NCBI RefSeq assembly: GCF_964194155.1
Contig: NC_135886.1
Coordinates: 122,326,001 to 122,390,000, forward strand
DNA from: Cetorhinus maximus
Taxonomy: Eukaryota
Length of the DNA: 64,000 nucleotides
Direction of reading: 5' to 3'
The translations under genes and the position numbers were made by a program. The notes beneath the pieces were generated by a model. It did not search any database, had not been told where the DNA came from, and saw nothing but the letters and a program-made list of their open reading frames with translations. Positions 50,545 to 62,180 of this stretch are shown here, one piece after another (the first letter of the stretch is position 1; each line of letters opens with the position of its first letter).

Positions 50545-50890
50545 ATTCAGTAATGTTACTGGACTACTAATTCAGAGATCTGGGCTCATGCTGCGGGGGG
50601 ATGTGAGTTCAAATCCTACTGTGGCAGCTGGGGGGAATTCAAATTAATTAATAAATGTGGAATAAAATACTAGTCTCATTAATAAAGATCATGAAACTAC
50701 TGAGCTGTTTGTTTAAAAAAAAATCTGGTTCATTAATGTCCTTTAGGGAAGGAAACCAGCTGTCACTATCTGGTCTGACCTATATGTGCTTTCAAACCTC
50801 GGCCAATGTGGTTGACTCTGAAATGGCAGAAGATGGGCAGTAAATGCTGACCTAGTGAGCAATGCTCTCATCCCAAAAATGAACTTTAAA
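50545..50890 (+). mobile_element. tRNA-derived SINE
   Basis: ctggactactaattcagag...gagttcaaatcc...tctggttcattaatgtcctttagggaaggaaacc; same family as 39295-39575. Confidence 0.75.
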
Positions 50891-50891
50891 A

Positions 50892-53800
50892 AGTTCATTG
50901 GTTGGTGAGAAGCTGCTGTTACGGAGTATGTCTAAATAGCTTAAAAATAGAAAAAAAACATATCATTTATAAAGAAGTAGCTACTTGGATTTCAGCAAGG
51001 AACACTAGCAATAGGGAAGTAAAATTAAATCAAGTCAAAGTGAAATAAAGTAATAAAATAAACCGTAGTAAGATAAAGTAATAAAATAAACTGAAGTAAG
51101 ATAAAGTTAGCGTAAGTGCAGCAAATTTAAGTTACTAGTAATTTATTTTACTCATTCTACTTACTCTAAGTGTAATAAATAGTTTTTAGAGTTACAGGAT
51201 GGTAGGTCAACTTGGCCAAGTGGAGTGTACATCCTGCAGTGTGTGTGAAGTTGTGAACGCACCATGTGTCCCTGACAAACACATCTGGAGGAAGTATCAC
51301 CAGCTGCACAAGCTTGAGCTCTGTGTTTTGGAATTTGAGCTGTGGCTGGAGTCATTGTTGTGCATCCACAAGGCAGAGGACTAAGTGGATAGCACGTTTA
51401 GGGAGGAGGTCACACCACAGGTCAGAAGCGTACAGCCAGAGAGGGAGTGAGTGATTGCCAGGCAGTCTAAGAGGACCAGGCAGGTAGTGCAGGAGCCCCC
51501 CTGAGTCTATCCTGGTTGCTAATCAGTTTTCCATTTTGGATGCTGATGGTTCCTCAAGGGAATGCAGCCAGAGCCAAGCCTGTGGCACCACAGGTGGCTC
51601 AGCTGTACAGGGGGGAGGAAGAAGAATGGAAGAGCAATATTGATAGGAGATTCCATAGTCAGGGGATCAGACAGGTGTTTCTGCAGCAGTAAACATGAGT
51701 CCAGGATGGTGTGTTGCCTCCCTGGTGCTAGGGTCAAGGATATCACGGAGTGGGTGCAGGACATCCTGCAAGGGGAAGGCGATCAACCAGAAGTCATGGT
51801 CCACATTGGTACCAACAACATAGGTAGGAAGGGGATGAGGTCCTGAAAGCAGATTTCAGGGAGTTAGGAAGGAAATTAAAAAGCAAGACCTCAAGATCAG
51901 TAATCTCAGGATTACTTCCACTGACACATGCTAATGGGCATAGGAATAGGAGGATAGATCTGGTGTAGGAGGGAAGGAATCAGATTTCTGAGGCATTGGG
52001 ACCGGCTCTGGTGCAGGTGGGGCCTGTACACGCTGAACGGGTTAACAGGACTGGGACTGATATACTCGCAGGGAGATTTGTTAGTGCTGTTGGGGTGGGT
52101 TTAAACTAGCTTGTCAGGAGGTTGGGGATCTGAGGGGTGGCCCAAACTGGAAGAAAGTAAAGCCGGTAACAGGAAGTAGTAGTTAGACTAGAAGACGGGA
52201 GAAACAAAGCAGAGCATTGAGTATGCTTCAAATGTGGAATGATGTCAAAAAGACGAAGTTAAGGGCACTCTACCTGAGTGCACGTAGTATTTACAATAAG
52301 GTAGATGATCTAAAGGCACAAATAGAAGTAAATGGGCATGACATAATTGCCATTATGGAGACATGGCTGCATAATGACCAAGACTGGGAACTGAATATTC
52401 AAGGATATTCGACATTTAGGAAGGTCAGACAAGAAGGGAAAGGAGGTGGAATTACGCTGATAATAAGGGATGGGGTCAGTGCATTAGTATGGGAGGATCT
52501 CAGATCAGAAGAACAATGTGTTTAGCTTTTAGCTTTTTGTTTTTATCAATGTGTGGAATCTGTCTGGGTGGAGCTAAGAAACAGCAAAGGCCAGCAGACA
52601 TTGGTTGGAGTTGTTAATCAGCCACCAAACTGTAGTGGTAATGTGGGGCATGGTATTAATCAGGAGACAAGAGAAGCATGTAGTATGGGTAATACAATAA
52701 TCATGGTTGACTTCAATCTGCATGTAGACTGGTAAACCAATTGAGCACTCACGCTGTAGAAGACGAATTTCTGGAGTGTGTTAGGGGTGGTTTTCTAGAG
52801 CAGTAAGTTGAGGAGCCGACTAGACGACAGGCTATTTAAGATCTAGTATTATGTAATGAAAAAGAGCTAATTAATAATCTTGTTGTAAAAGAATCTTTAG
52901 GGATGAGTGACCACAATATGATAAAAGTTTACATTATGTTTGAAAGTGAGGTAGTTCACTCTGATGCAAGGGTGTTAAAGTTGAATAAATGAAATTATGA
53001 AGGCATGAGGGACAAATTGGCTGAGGTGGCTTGGGAAAATACATTAAAAGGTATGACTGTACATAGGCAATGGATAGTCTTCAAAGAACTATTACATAGC
53101 TTACAGCACCTATACATTCCTTCAAGGTGCAAAAACCCAAAAAAAGTCAGTCAACCGTGGCTGACAATGGAGGTTAAAGATTGTATAAGGTTAAAAGAAA
53201 TGGCTTATAAAGTTGCCAGAAGTAGTAGTGAACCTGACAGTTGGGAGGTTTTTAGAATACAAGGAAAGGAAGACCAAGAAACTGGTAAAGGGAGAATAGA
53301 ATATGAATGCAATCTAGCAAAAAACAGAAAAATCACTGTAAAAGTTTCTATAGGTATGTAAAATGGAAGCATTTGGCTAAGACAAATATGGGTCCATTAC
53401 AGGCAGGGTCAGGAGAATTTATAATGGGGAATAGAGAAATGGCAGGGAAGATCAATGATTACTTAGTGTCTGTATTCACTGAGGAAGATGCAGGAAATCT
53501 CCCAGATTTAGAGACCCAAGGGACTAGGGAGAATGAACAGTTGAAGGAAATTGGTATAAGTAAGAAGGATGTACTGGAAGAATTAATAGGACTAAAAGTT
53601 GATAAGTCCCCAGGAACTGATATTCTGCATCCCAGAGTGTTGAAAGAAGTTGCTATAAAGATAATGGATGCATTAGTGATCATTTTCCAAAATTCTATAT
53701 ATTCTGGGATGGTTCCTGAAGATTGGAAGGTAGCAAATGTCACCTCACTATTTAAGAAAGGAGGGAGAGAGAAAACAGGGAACTACAGACCTGTTAGCCT

Positions 53801-54930
53801 TACATCAGTAGTAGGGAAAATGCTAGAATCTATTATAAAGGATGTGATAAATAGATACTTGCATAATCATGACCTGACTGGGCATAGTCAGCATGGAATT
53901 GCGAATGGCAGGTTGTGACTAATGGGGTACCGCAAGAATCAGTACTTGGACCCCAGTTGTTCACAATATATATCAATGATTTGGATGTGGGGACCAAATG
54001 TAATATTCCCAAGTTCACGGATGATACAAAGCTAGGTGGGAATGTGTGTTGTGAGGAAGATGTAAAGTGGCTACGGGAGGATTTGGACAGACTTCGTGAG
54101 TGGGCAAGAACATGGCAGATGGAATATAATGTGGAAAAATGTGAGGTTATCCACTTTGGTAGAAGGAACAGATATGCAGAGTATTTCCTAAATGGTAAGA
54201 GATTAGGAAGTGTAGATGTACAAAGGGACTGGGTGTCCTTGTCCATAAGTCATTGAAAGCTAGCATGCAGGTGCAGCAAGCAATCAGGAAAGCTAATGGT
54301 ATGTCAGCCTTTATCGCAAGAGGATTTGAGTACGGGAGTAATGAAGTCTTGCTTCAATTGTATAGAAGCTTGGTTAGTCCGCACCTGAGTACTGTGTGCA
54401 GTTTTGGTCCCCTTACTTCAGAAAGGATATTATTCCCATAGAGGGAGTGCAACAAAGGTTCGCCATACTTGTTCCGGGGATTGTGGGACTGTCTTATGAA
54501 GAGAGTTTGGGTAAACTGGGCCTGTATGCTCTAGAGTTTCAAAGAATGACAGATGATCTCATTGAAACCTACAAAGTACTTAAAGGAATAGACAGGGTAG
54601 ATGCAGGTAAGATGCTTCCCCTGGCTGGGGAGTCTAGAACAAAGGGACACAATTTCAAAATAAGGGGGAAGCCACTTAGGACCAAGATGAGGAGAAATTT
54701 CTTTACTCAGAGGGTTGTGAATCTTTGGAATTCTCTACCCTAGAGGACTGTGGAAGCTCAATCATTGAGTATGTCTAAGGTAGAGATTGATAGATTTCTG
54801 ATTAACAATAACGTAAAGGGTTATGGTGATAGTGTGGGTAAAAAGCATTGAAGTGTTCAATCAGCTGTGATTGTATTGAATGGTGGAGCAGGCTTGACAG
54901 AATGAATGGCCTTCTGTTCCTATGCTCCTA
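50892..54930 (+). mobile_element. Near-full-length decayed CR1 LINE (ORF1 Zn-finger/SGNH esterase; ORF2 APE-RT)
   Basis: ORF1 has CTSCSVCEV and LIGDSIVRG...CCLPGARVKD...VHIGTNNIG. ORF2 has LYLSARSIYNK...IIAIMETWL, KSPGTDILHPRVLKE...NYRPVSLTSVVGKMLESII and GVPQESVLGPQLFTIYINDL...KFTDDTKL. A CR1 tail follows. Multiple stops and frameshifts. Confidence 0.95.
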
Positions 54931-55420
54931 TAGCGGCCACCATGGAGACCTTGTTCCAGGACATCGCAACTGCCCTGCTGCATGGGCTCAACTCCATCGC
55001 TGAAGCCATAGTTGGCCACCAATAGTGTGTACGCAAGAGGGGTGCAGGGCAGCTCAATCTCACTCCAGCTACCCCTTCTCCTCAAGGAGTCAGCCTGGGG
55101 CCCTCGGGCACCCAACTGGGGGATGATCAGCATGTGCACGCTCCGGGGCCATCCACTCAGGTGACTCTGAGGATGTCTGGCCCATCCAAATCCCCTCTTC
55201 CTGTGACTTCAGCAGCTCCAGCTCCACAGGCTGAGGAGGGAGCCACTGCCACACAGCAGGACCCCGAAAGCAGGCTGGGACCCTCCAAGTCTCGGCCCTC
55301 CAGAGGACGCCCGCCCAGGTCATCACAGTTGCAGTCAGCAGGCTGCGGCCACCTCCTCTGTAGATGTCTGGGGGAGCACCAAGACGAAGCGGCAAGTTTA
55401 GGAAAGTTAAGAAGAATTAG
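54931..55420 (+). pseudogene. 3' part of probable Harbinger second (Myb/SANT-type) ORF
   Basis: P/S/A-rich frame (APGPSTQV...GPSKSRPSRGRPPRSS) ending PRRSGKFRKVKKN* and followed by AATAAA at ~55475; convergent to the transposase. The Myb domain itself is not seen. Confidence 0.5.
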
Positions 55421-56529
55421 TTGCACAGCCTTGTCGTGGGCATTAATCACTTGTACCCACTGTTCATGATTGTCAATAAACTCCCATGAATGTCTCCCTA
55501 CCTATGGTCCCTTGTTCTGATGAGCTGTGTTTGTGTCACTCAGATGTGAAACCTTTCTGCACAAGATAAAAGGCAGGTGTCTCAGTCCAGGGCTGCTTTC
55601 CTGTGCTCTCTGTGCGGCCTTCAGGCCAAAGTGATGGTCCAGCCTCACACTCCCTGGAAACATTACTGATGCCTGCACCTCAGCGGTGCTGGTCATTGCT
55701 GTCAGAATGTTGTGGGCAGGCACCACAAAGTTCTCTCATTCTCTCTGTGTGCTCTCAGCACCTTTAAGGAGGGGCTGGCCCCCATCTCTTCAGCATCTGT
55801 GACCAATGATGCTGTGCTCCTGCAGGGCTCAGGTGCTGAAGGCAGACAAAGGATCAGATGCTTCTAAAGTTTCATGGCTATGTCTCTATGATATGAACCT
55901 GATCACAGAACGCAAGCAAACTGCCCTCGGCCAGACAGGAGTCAGAGACATTCTCAGAGGCTATGTGAAGATCTATGGAGTGTCCTCACTGCATGTCGTC
56001 ATCATCATCCTCCCGCAATTGAGCGACGATTAGAGCTTCCGCTGCGTCTCCATGACAGGAGAATTCTCTCAGAGGGTATTCGCGCTGTCGTAAGCCAGAC
56101 TGGAGTCTAATGTTCACAGATGCAATGTGAGGATCTATGGAGTCACCTCACTGCATGTAGTCATCATCCCCCACAAATCTAGCAGCTATGAGTTCCTCCC
56201 GAGGATATCAGCCTCCTCTAGCCAGTACGAGGGCCTCACCCCTGTCATCGTCGCCTCCGAGGACCTCCTCACCCTCATCACCGTCAGCGTCCTCCTCATC
56301 AAAGGATACCTCCATCTCTTTTGCAGCCAGCTTGTCTCCCCATTGCAGCGCCAGGTTGTAAAGGGCGCAGCAGATGACGATGATGCGTGACACCCTCTGC
56401 GGACTGTATTGCAGGGCTCCACCAGGCCGGTCCAGGCACTGGAACCTTTTCTTCAGCATCCTGATGGTTTGCTCCACCAAGCTGCGAGCAGCAACATGAG
56501 CCTCATTATAGCGTCGGCGGAGAAGAAAT

Positions 56530-56570
56530 CAGTTAACGTTTCGAGCCTTCATGGCCCTTCAGCAGAACTG
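56530..56570 (-). ncRNA. Hammerhead-like motif, inverted copy
   Basis: CAGTT-CTGCTGA-A-GGGCC-ATGAA-GGCTC-GAAAC-GTT-AACTG. Confidence 0.6.
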
Positions 56571-56840
56571 AAGCATAGTTAGGAGAAGGGAGAAATATAA
56601 ACTGGTTTAAGTTGGGGGGGGGGGGGTGCGCGGCGGGCAGGGGGTGGGGGAGAGAGACGTTGAGGGTGTGGTGATTGTGGAGATGAGCAGATAATCAAAA
56701 GATCTGTCTGTTTTGTCTGTGACATCTTTTGATTATCTGCTCATCTCCACAATCACCACACCCTCAACGTCTCTCCACCACCCCCCCCCCCCCGCCGACC
56801 TTAAACCAGTTTATATTTCTCCCTTCTCCTAACTATGCTT

Positions 56841-56881
56841 CAGTTCTGCCGAAGGGCCATGAAGGTTCGAAACGTTAACTG
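56841..56881 (+). ncRNA. Hammerhead-like motif
   Basis: CAGTT-CTGCCGA-A-GGGCC-ATGAA-GGTTC-GAAAC-GTT-AACTG. Confidence 0.6.
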
Positions 56882-59084
56882 ATTTCTTCTCCGCCGATGC
56901 TGCCAGACCTGCTGAGTTTTTCCAGGTAATTCTGTTTTTGTTTTGGATTTCCAGCATCCGCAGTAGCTTTTAGCTTTTTGTTTTTATCTCATTATAGCGT
57001 CGCTCTGCTGCAGCCTGAGGCTGCTGGACGGGTGTCATCAGCCGCGGCCTCTGTGGGTAGCCCTTGTCCCCGAGGAGCCAACCCTGCAGCCTCTGTGAAC
57101 CTTGGAAGATGTCAGGGATCGGTGACCGACTGAGGATGTAGGAGTCATGCACATTCCCTGGAATCCGTGCACAGACCTGCAGGATGCGTTTGTGGTGGTC
57201 GCACACCAGCTGCACATTTAGCGAAGTGTGGTTGATGTAGTTCACTGCATGTTGCGATGGAGATCTGAGTGCCATATGAGCGCAGTCAATCACACCCTAC
57301 GCCTGTGGGAAACCCGAGATCTGGGCCAGTTCGCTCACTCTTGCACTTTGGCTATCCTGGCCCTGGGGAAGATGCACAAAGTTGTGTGCCCTCACAAAGA
57401 TGGCACCCATGACCTCATGGATGCATTTGTGGGTGGAGGCTTGTGAGATCCCACAGAGGTCACCTATGGAGCCCTGAAAGGAGCCACTGGCATAGAAATT
57501 GAGCGCTGTGGTCACTTTCACGGCCACTTACAGCGGTTGCCCTCCATGTCCCTGTGGCGCCAAATCCTACAGCAAGTGGCAGATGTGACTGACCAGTTCC
57601 CTAGACATGCGCAGTCGTCAGCGACACTGGTTCTCGGTCATCTGCAGGAATGATAGGCAGTGTCTATAGACCATGGGTGTCGCTAGGCACCGACCAGCAA
57701 CCAGCTGTGGCTCTTGGGCAGTGAGTGCGGGAACCCCTGCTGCCCCTTCTTCCTGAGGTTGCTGCTCCTGCCTCTGCACAGCCAGGAGTCTTAGTTGCCC
57801 TCTCCTCCGTTGTCTTTGCTCTCTGTAGGCCATCAGGCATACAGCTAGTTCACCAGGCTCCATGATCCTGATGTAGTCATCCTGCAGAATGAAAGAGAGA
57901 GAGACACATGTGAAGCATGGATGTGCGAAGAACCTGTCCTGGTTAAGTGTGAAGGCCCCTTAATGATTCTTGGAGAGCGCTGGATGGCCACAGTTTAGTG
58001 CGCTGCATAGCAGCAGCCCGAAAACTACACACCTCCGCCCCATTCTACCCGACCGATTTGCCCATTGGATGGCAGGCTGTGTTCTCAGATCAGGCACAGG
58101 CATTCTCCTAACCCACACTGCAAGGCTGCGCTGTTAGCTTGAACCATGGGGGAGACTGGTCCAGACCGGGATGATGACATTGCAAGGGGCTCCACCAGTG
58201 ACTGCTCCATAGCCAGCTTTAGTGAGGAGATTATACAACATGCCCAGTCATCCAACTGTTCTGCAGTCCACCAAAATACTCATGGCTTTGGAGTTTGTGC
58301 CGGTGGGGGGTGGGGGGTGGTGTGGGGGGTGAAAACCTTTGGAGCACCTGGTGGCACTTTGATGCCTCTGCATTGCCTGAATGGGCAGATAAGCTAGGAG
58401 CCCGACCCCAATCATATCAATGTGACTGCGCCTGAACAGTCCCAGCTGCAGAGGAATGGTCACTTTATACAGGTTCCCCTAATGCGTGGCCACTTCCCTC
58501 ACCCACCCTACTCCCCACCCCGAATGCTTGAGCACTATTTTCAATGGCAGGGCTGCCATTGTCCCCCCCCCCGCCCACCCACCCACGCCAACAGTCACCC
58601 CAACGGCAGGGCTGCCCTTTACCCTGACCCCCCAACGCCCCTGAAGCTTGAGGTCCAACAGGCGACCTTGGCGAGCGCTGCACAACGTTACTGTGTACTC
58701 ACCTCCGAGCTCTCCTCAAAGTGCAGGCCGCCAAGAGCACAATTCTGGCGGGTAGACCTGATAATGATATGCTGATGTATTACCATGAGGCTCCTGACGT
58801 CCGATGGAGGGGCTGAGCAGACGATCATGAACTGGTTTCCCACCGTCATAAAACCGATCGCGCCTTATTGTCCGCTTACACCACTGATCCCCCCTCCCCG
58901 ACGCCAGTGGGCATGGAAAATTCCATCCCATGTTGTGGAAGTTGATGGAGAGTCTCACCACTGTGCCTCTTACAGTTTTTCTGTAAAGGTCTGACACCCA
59001 ATGGCCAAGATGAGAATTGCAACAACAATTCCAGTGCTTCAGAGAGGCATTCAAAAAGTCAGATGTTGAACTGGAAAGCGAGAT

Positions 59085-59820
59085 ATCAAGAGTGTGTCAA
59101 ATAGTTTGATCAAACAAATGGAATTTAAGGAGGACTGAAATGTAGAAGAAGGAAGTGGAGAGGGAATTCCAGAGTATGGAGCCTAGACGGCTGAAGCACA
59201 GTCATCAATGGTATGGTGAAGGGGCGGGGGGGGACATAAAAGCTGACAGTCTGTGAGAAAGAGAATTCAGTGTAGGTTGTACAACTGGAGATGGTTACAA
59301 AATTAGTAAGGGGCAAGGCCATGAAATGATCTAAACCCAAGAATGAGAATTTTAAGGTTTAGTCATTGGAGGATGGGAGCTAATGTAGGTTAGTCAGAAC
59401 AGGAGGGATAGATGAGTGGAACAGGATATGTGTAGTGGAAAGGTTTGAATGAGCTGATCTTTAGGTGGTTTTTTTGAGGGGACAACACTGAAGTAGTCAA
59501 GCATGAAGTAACGTAGGTAATGGATAGGGGTTTCAGCAGCAGATGGGCTAAGGTAAATTGCAAGTTTGGAGAGTAGCTCAGTGCAGAGGTTGAGAGAAAA
59601 GGAGGGAGGTTATCTTTGGGAGAAAGTCAGGGTGGGACTTGGGGAGGTGATAAAGTTTGCCAGGGAGTTTACCAGGGTGGAGGCTCATCATGCACAGACA
59701 CAAGGCAGGTACCGATGCCATGACAGGCACTTTTTGGCAGCCTGCTCCATCCGCAGGGTAGAAAATCATTCATCTTTTGCTGGTGCAATGTTTAGTCAGT
59801 TGACCCCACATGGAATAATG
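59085..59820 (-). mobile_element. Old L2 LINE fragment
   Basis: gagggaattccagagtatggagcctagacggctgaagcac...gaatgagaattttaagg resembles the L2 copies at 19700-19980 and 35540-35770. Confidence 0.6.
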
Positions 59821-61024
59821 GTCACTTGGACCTCCTGTGTAAGGATGCCTGAAAAAATAGAAACTATTTTTTCTACCTGGCGGGCCTCAATCCAAACCTG
59901 AACCCCAAAGGTGGGCCCCATAACTTTCACTGAAGCGGATGGAAAGCCTTCTCCTTCTCAATGTACCTGCTTCCAAAGATCCACCAGGTCTCAGAGAGGG
60001 TCTGAAGTATAGGAATCTCAGCTCCCAACACTAACCCTCTACATCAATGACCTTGTTAGGGGTAGGTGGAGAGTTTGACCCCCAAATAAGACCATTGAAA
60101 ACTCTGCTATTAAACTTGCACTTGGTGGACCTGTGTCCTGGTGTAGTTTTGCAGTCCTCCTGCTAAATTCCCCCAAACATTACTGCCCCTGTTTCTTTTT
60201 AAACAAATAAAACAAAATTCCTTGTTTATGATCAATTCCAACATGCTAGAAATTCACACCAAGAGTCAAAATCAACATTTTCTGATAAATGATGCCCTCT
60301 ACTCATGTTTCACCCAGATAATAAATCTTGCACTTTCAGCGTATTTCATGACTTTGCATACTTACGTTTTTTTCACCCTAGAACAAGTGAAAGAACATTG
60401 GGGATATCTAAAGCTTAAATCATAGCCCAATGCATTAGAACATCTGACATCCTCAACAATAACCCACATCATCTTATGAAAATGACTTTCAACGACAAGC
60501 CTAACATTTTGCATAGTAATATTCAAAACATTGTTAGTTAGTAAAATTAGCAGCAAAGCAAAAGGGACAGGATTTACAGTGGCTGAGATACATTAGTTAG
60601 CATTTCTTTCTCAATATCCAAGTGCAGCTCACCTCCAACATTTACTTTTACTCCTTCCCTAATGGGGCTCAGTTATGCCACAAAAAGTTTTGCTAAAATT
60701 TAAATGGATGTCTCCCAAGCTCCATCAATAGTGGTATTAAGTTGTTATTTTTTTAACCAGGCCCTACACCTTTTTGCAATAACTAAATTTTATTTTGAAA
60801 AATACACCCATGTGTATACAATGTATATTCTACCAGCTTATCTTTTTTGGAAGTAATAGGTAAATGAATTACCTTGCTTGGGGGCTACAATAATCCCACC
60901 TCCTGAAAGCACTCTCTTACCTTTGCATAAGGCAAAAAATGGGGAGGAAACAGCTCTGAATTCCAACTAGATCAACATCGCACAACTGGACATGCTCTGC
61001 GCATGTATCATTAGTCTGTTAAGG

Positions 61025-61635
61025 ATTTATTGCCCATCCCAAATTGTCCTTGAGAAGGTGATGGTGAGCTGTCTCCTTGAACTGCTGCAGTCCATGTGTT
61101 GTAGGTACACCCACAGTGCTATGAGGAGGGAGTTCCAGAATTTTGACCCAGCGGCAGTGAAGGAAGGGTGATATGGTTCCAAATCAGGATGGGTTGTGAC
61201 TTGGAGGGAAACTTGCAGGTGGTGGTGTTCCCATACACCTGCTGCCCTTGTCCTTCTAGGTGGTAGCGGTTATGGGTTTGGAAGGTGCTGTCTAAGGAGC
61301 CTTGGCGAGTTGCTGCAGTGCATCCTGTAGATAGTACACGCTGCTGACACTGTCCATTGGTGGTAGAGGGAGTGGATGTTGGAGGAGGTGGATGGGGTGA
61401 CAGTGAAGCAAGTTGCTTTGTGATGGATGGAGTCGAGCTTCTTGAGTATTGTGGGAGCTGCACTCATTCAGACAAGTGGAGAGTATTCTAACTCACTCCT
61501 GACTTGTGCCTTGTAGGTGGTGAATACGCTTTGGGAAGTGAGGAGGTGGGTTACTCTCCACAGAATTCCCAGCCTCTGACCTGCTTGTTTAGCCACAGTA
61601 TTTATATAGCTGGTCCAGTTCAGCTTCTGGTCCCC
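61025..61635 (-). mobile_element. L2/CR1-group LINE 3' fragment
   Basis: Encodes DQKLNWTSYINTVAKQAGQRLGILWRVTHLLTSQSVFTTYKAQVRSELEYSPL; same family as 5120-5997. Confidence 0.88.
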
Positions 61636-61639
61636 CAAT

Positions 61640-62180
61640 GTAAAATACCGGTTAGGTCCCAGCTGGAGTATTGTGTCCATTTCTTGGGACCACTTTAAGA
61701 AGGATGTCAAGGCCTTGGAGAGGGTGCTGAGGAGGTTTACTAGAATGGTACCAGGAATGAAAGACTTCAGCTATTTGGAATGACTAAGGAAGCTGGATTG
61801 TTCTCCTTAGAATGCAGAAGGTTAGGGGGGGAGATATAAGAGATATAATAGATGTGTTCAAAATCATGAAGGGTTTTGATAGAATAAATAAGGAGGAACC
61901 ATTCCGAGAGGCAGAAGGATTGGTAGTCAGAGCACACAAATGGCAGATAATCGGCAAAAGAACCAGAGTTGAGATGAAGAAAATTGTTTTCTCAACATGG
62001 AATGCACAGTCTGAAAGGGTGGTGGAAGCATATTCAGGAATACCTTCGAAAAGGGAATTGGAAAAGTACCTGAAATGCAAATATTTACAGGGTTCTGGGA
62101 AAAGAGCTCTGTCAAAGAGATAGCACAGGCACTATGGGTCAAATGGCTTCCTTCAGTGCTGCATTATTCTGCGATTCTAT
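61640..62180 (+). mobile_element. CR1 3' fragment
   Basis: Encodes VRSQLEYCVHFLGP...DVFKIMKGFDRINKE. Confidence 0.85.

Larger units (their letters stand above)
56517..56987. mobile_element. Penelope family A insertion with inverted duplication (fold-back) and 15-bp TSD
   Basis: TSD ctcattatagcgtcg at 56502-56516 and 56988-57002. The arm ~56515-56703 is the reverse complement of ~56724-56896. Confidence 0.92.
56150..57863 (-). pseudogene. HARBI1-like DDE transposase pseudogene interrupted by a Penelope insertion
   Basis: Same-frame segments VKVTTALNFYASGSFQ...[20 protein letters not shown]...PGNVHDS, GWLLGDKGYP...ERRYNE|AH...VEQTIRMLKKRFQCLD...CCALYN; several in-frame stops. Confidence 0.92.
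54931..58929 (-). mobile_element. PIF/Harbinger DNA transposon, left end missing
   Basis: Transposase on the minus strand, remnant of a convergent second ORF on the plus strand, and a right TIR-like end ggaaaattccatccc at 58915-58929. Confidence 0.88.

Noticed and set aside
56150-57863. Possible host gene HARBI1
   Set aside because: Multiple in-frame stops, a nested insertion, a TIR-like end and a convergent second ORF indicate a transposon copy, not the domesticated gene.
60872-60902. Possible ~30-bp minus-strand micro-exon (ttcag...CAAG|gtaatt)
   Set aside because: Splice-like signals alone, with no homology or frame support.
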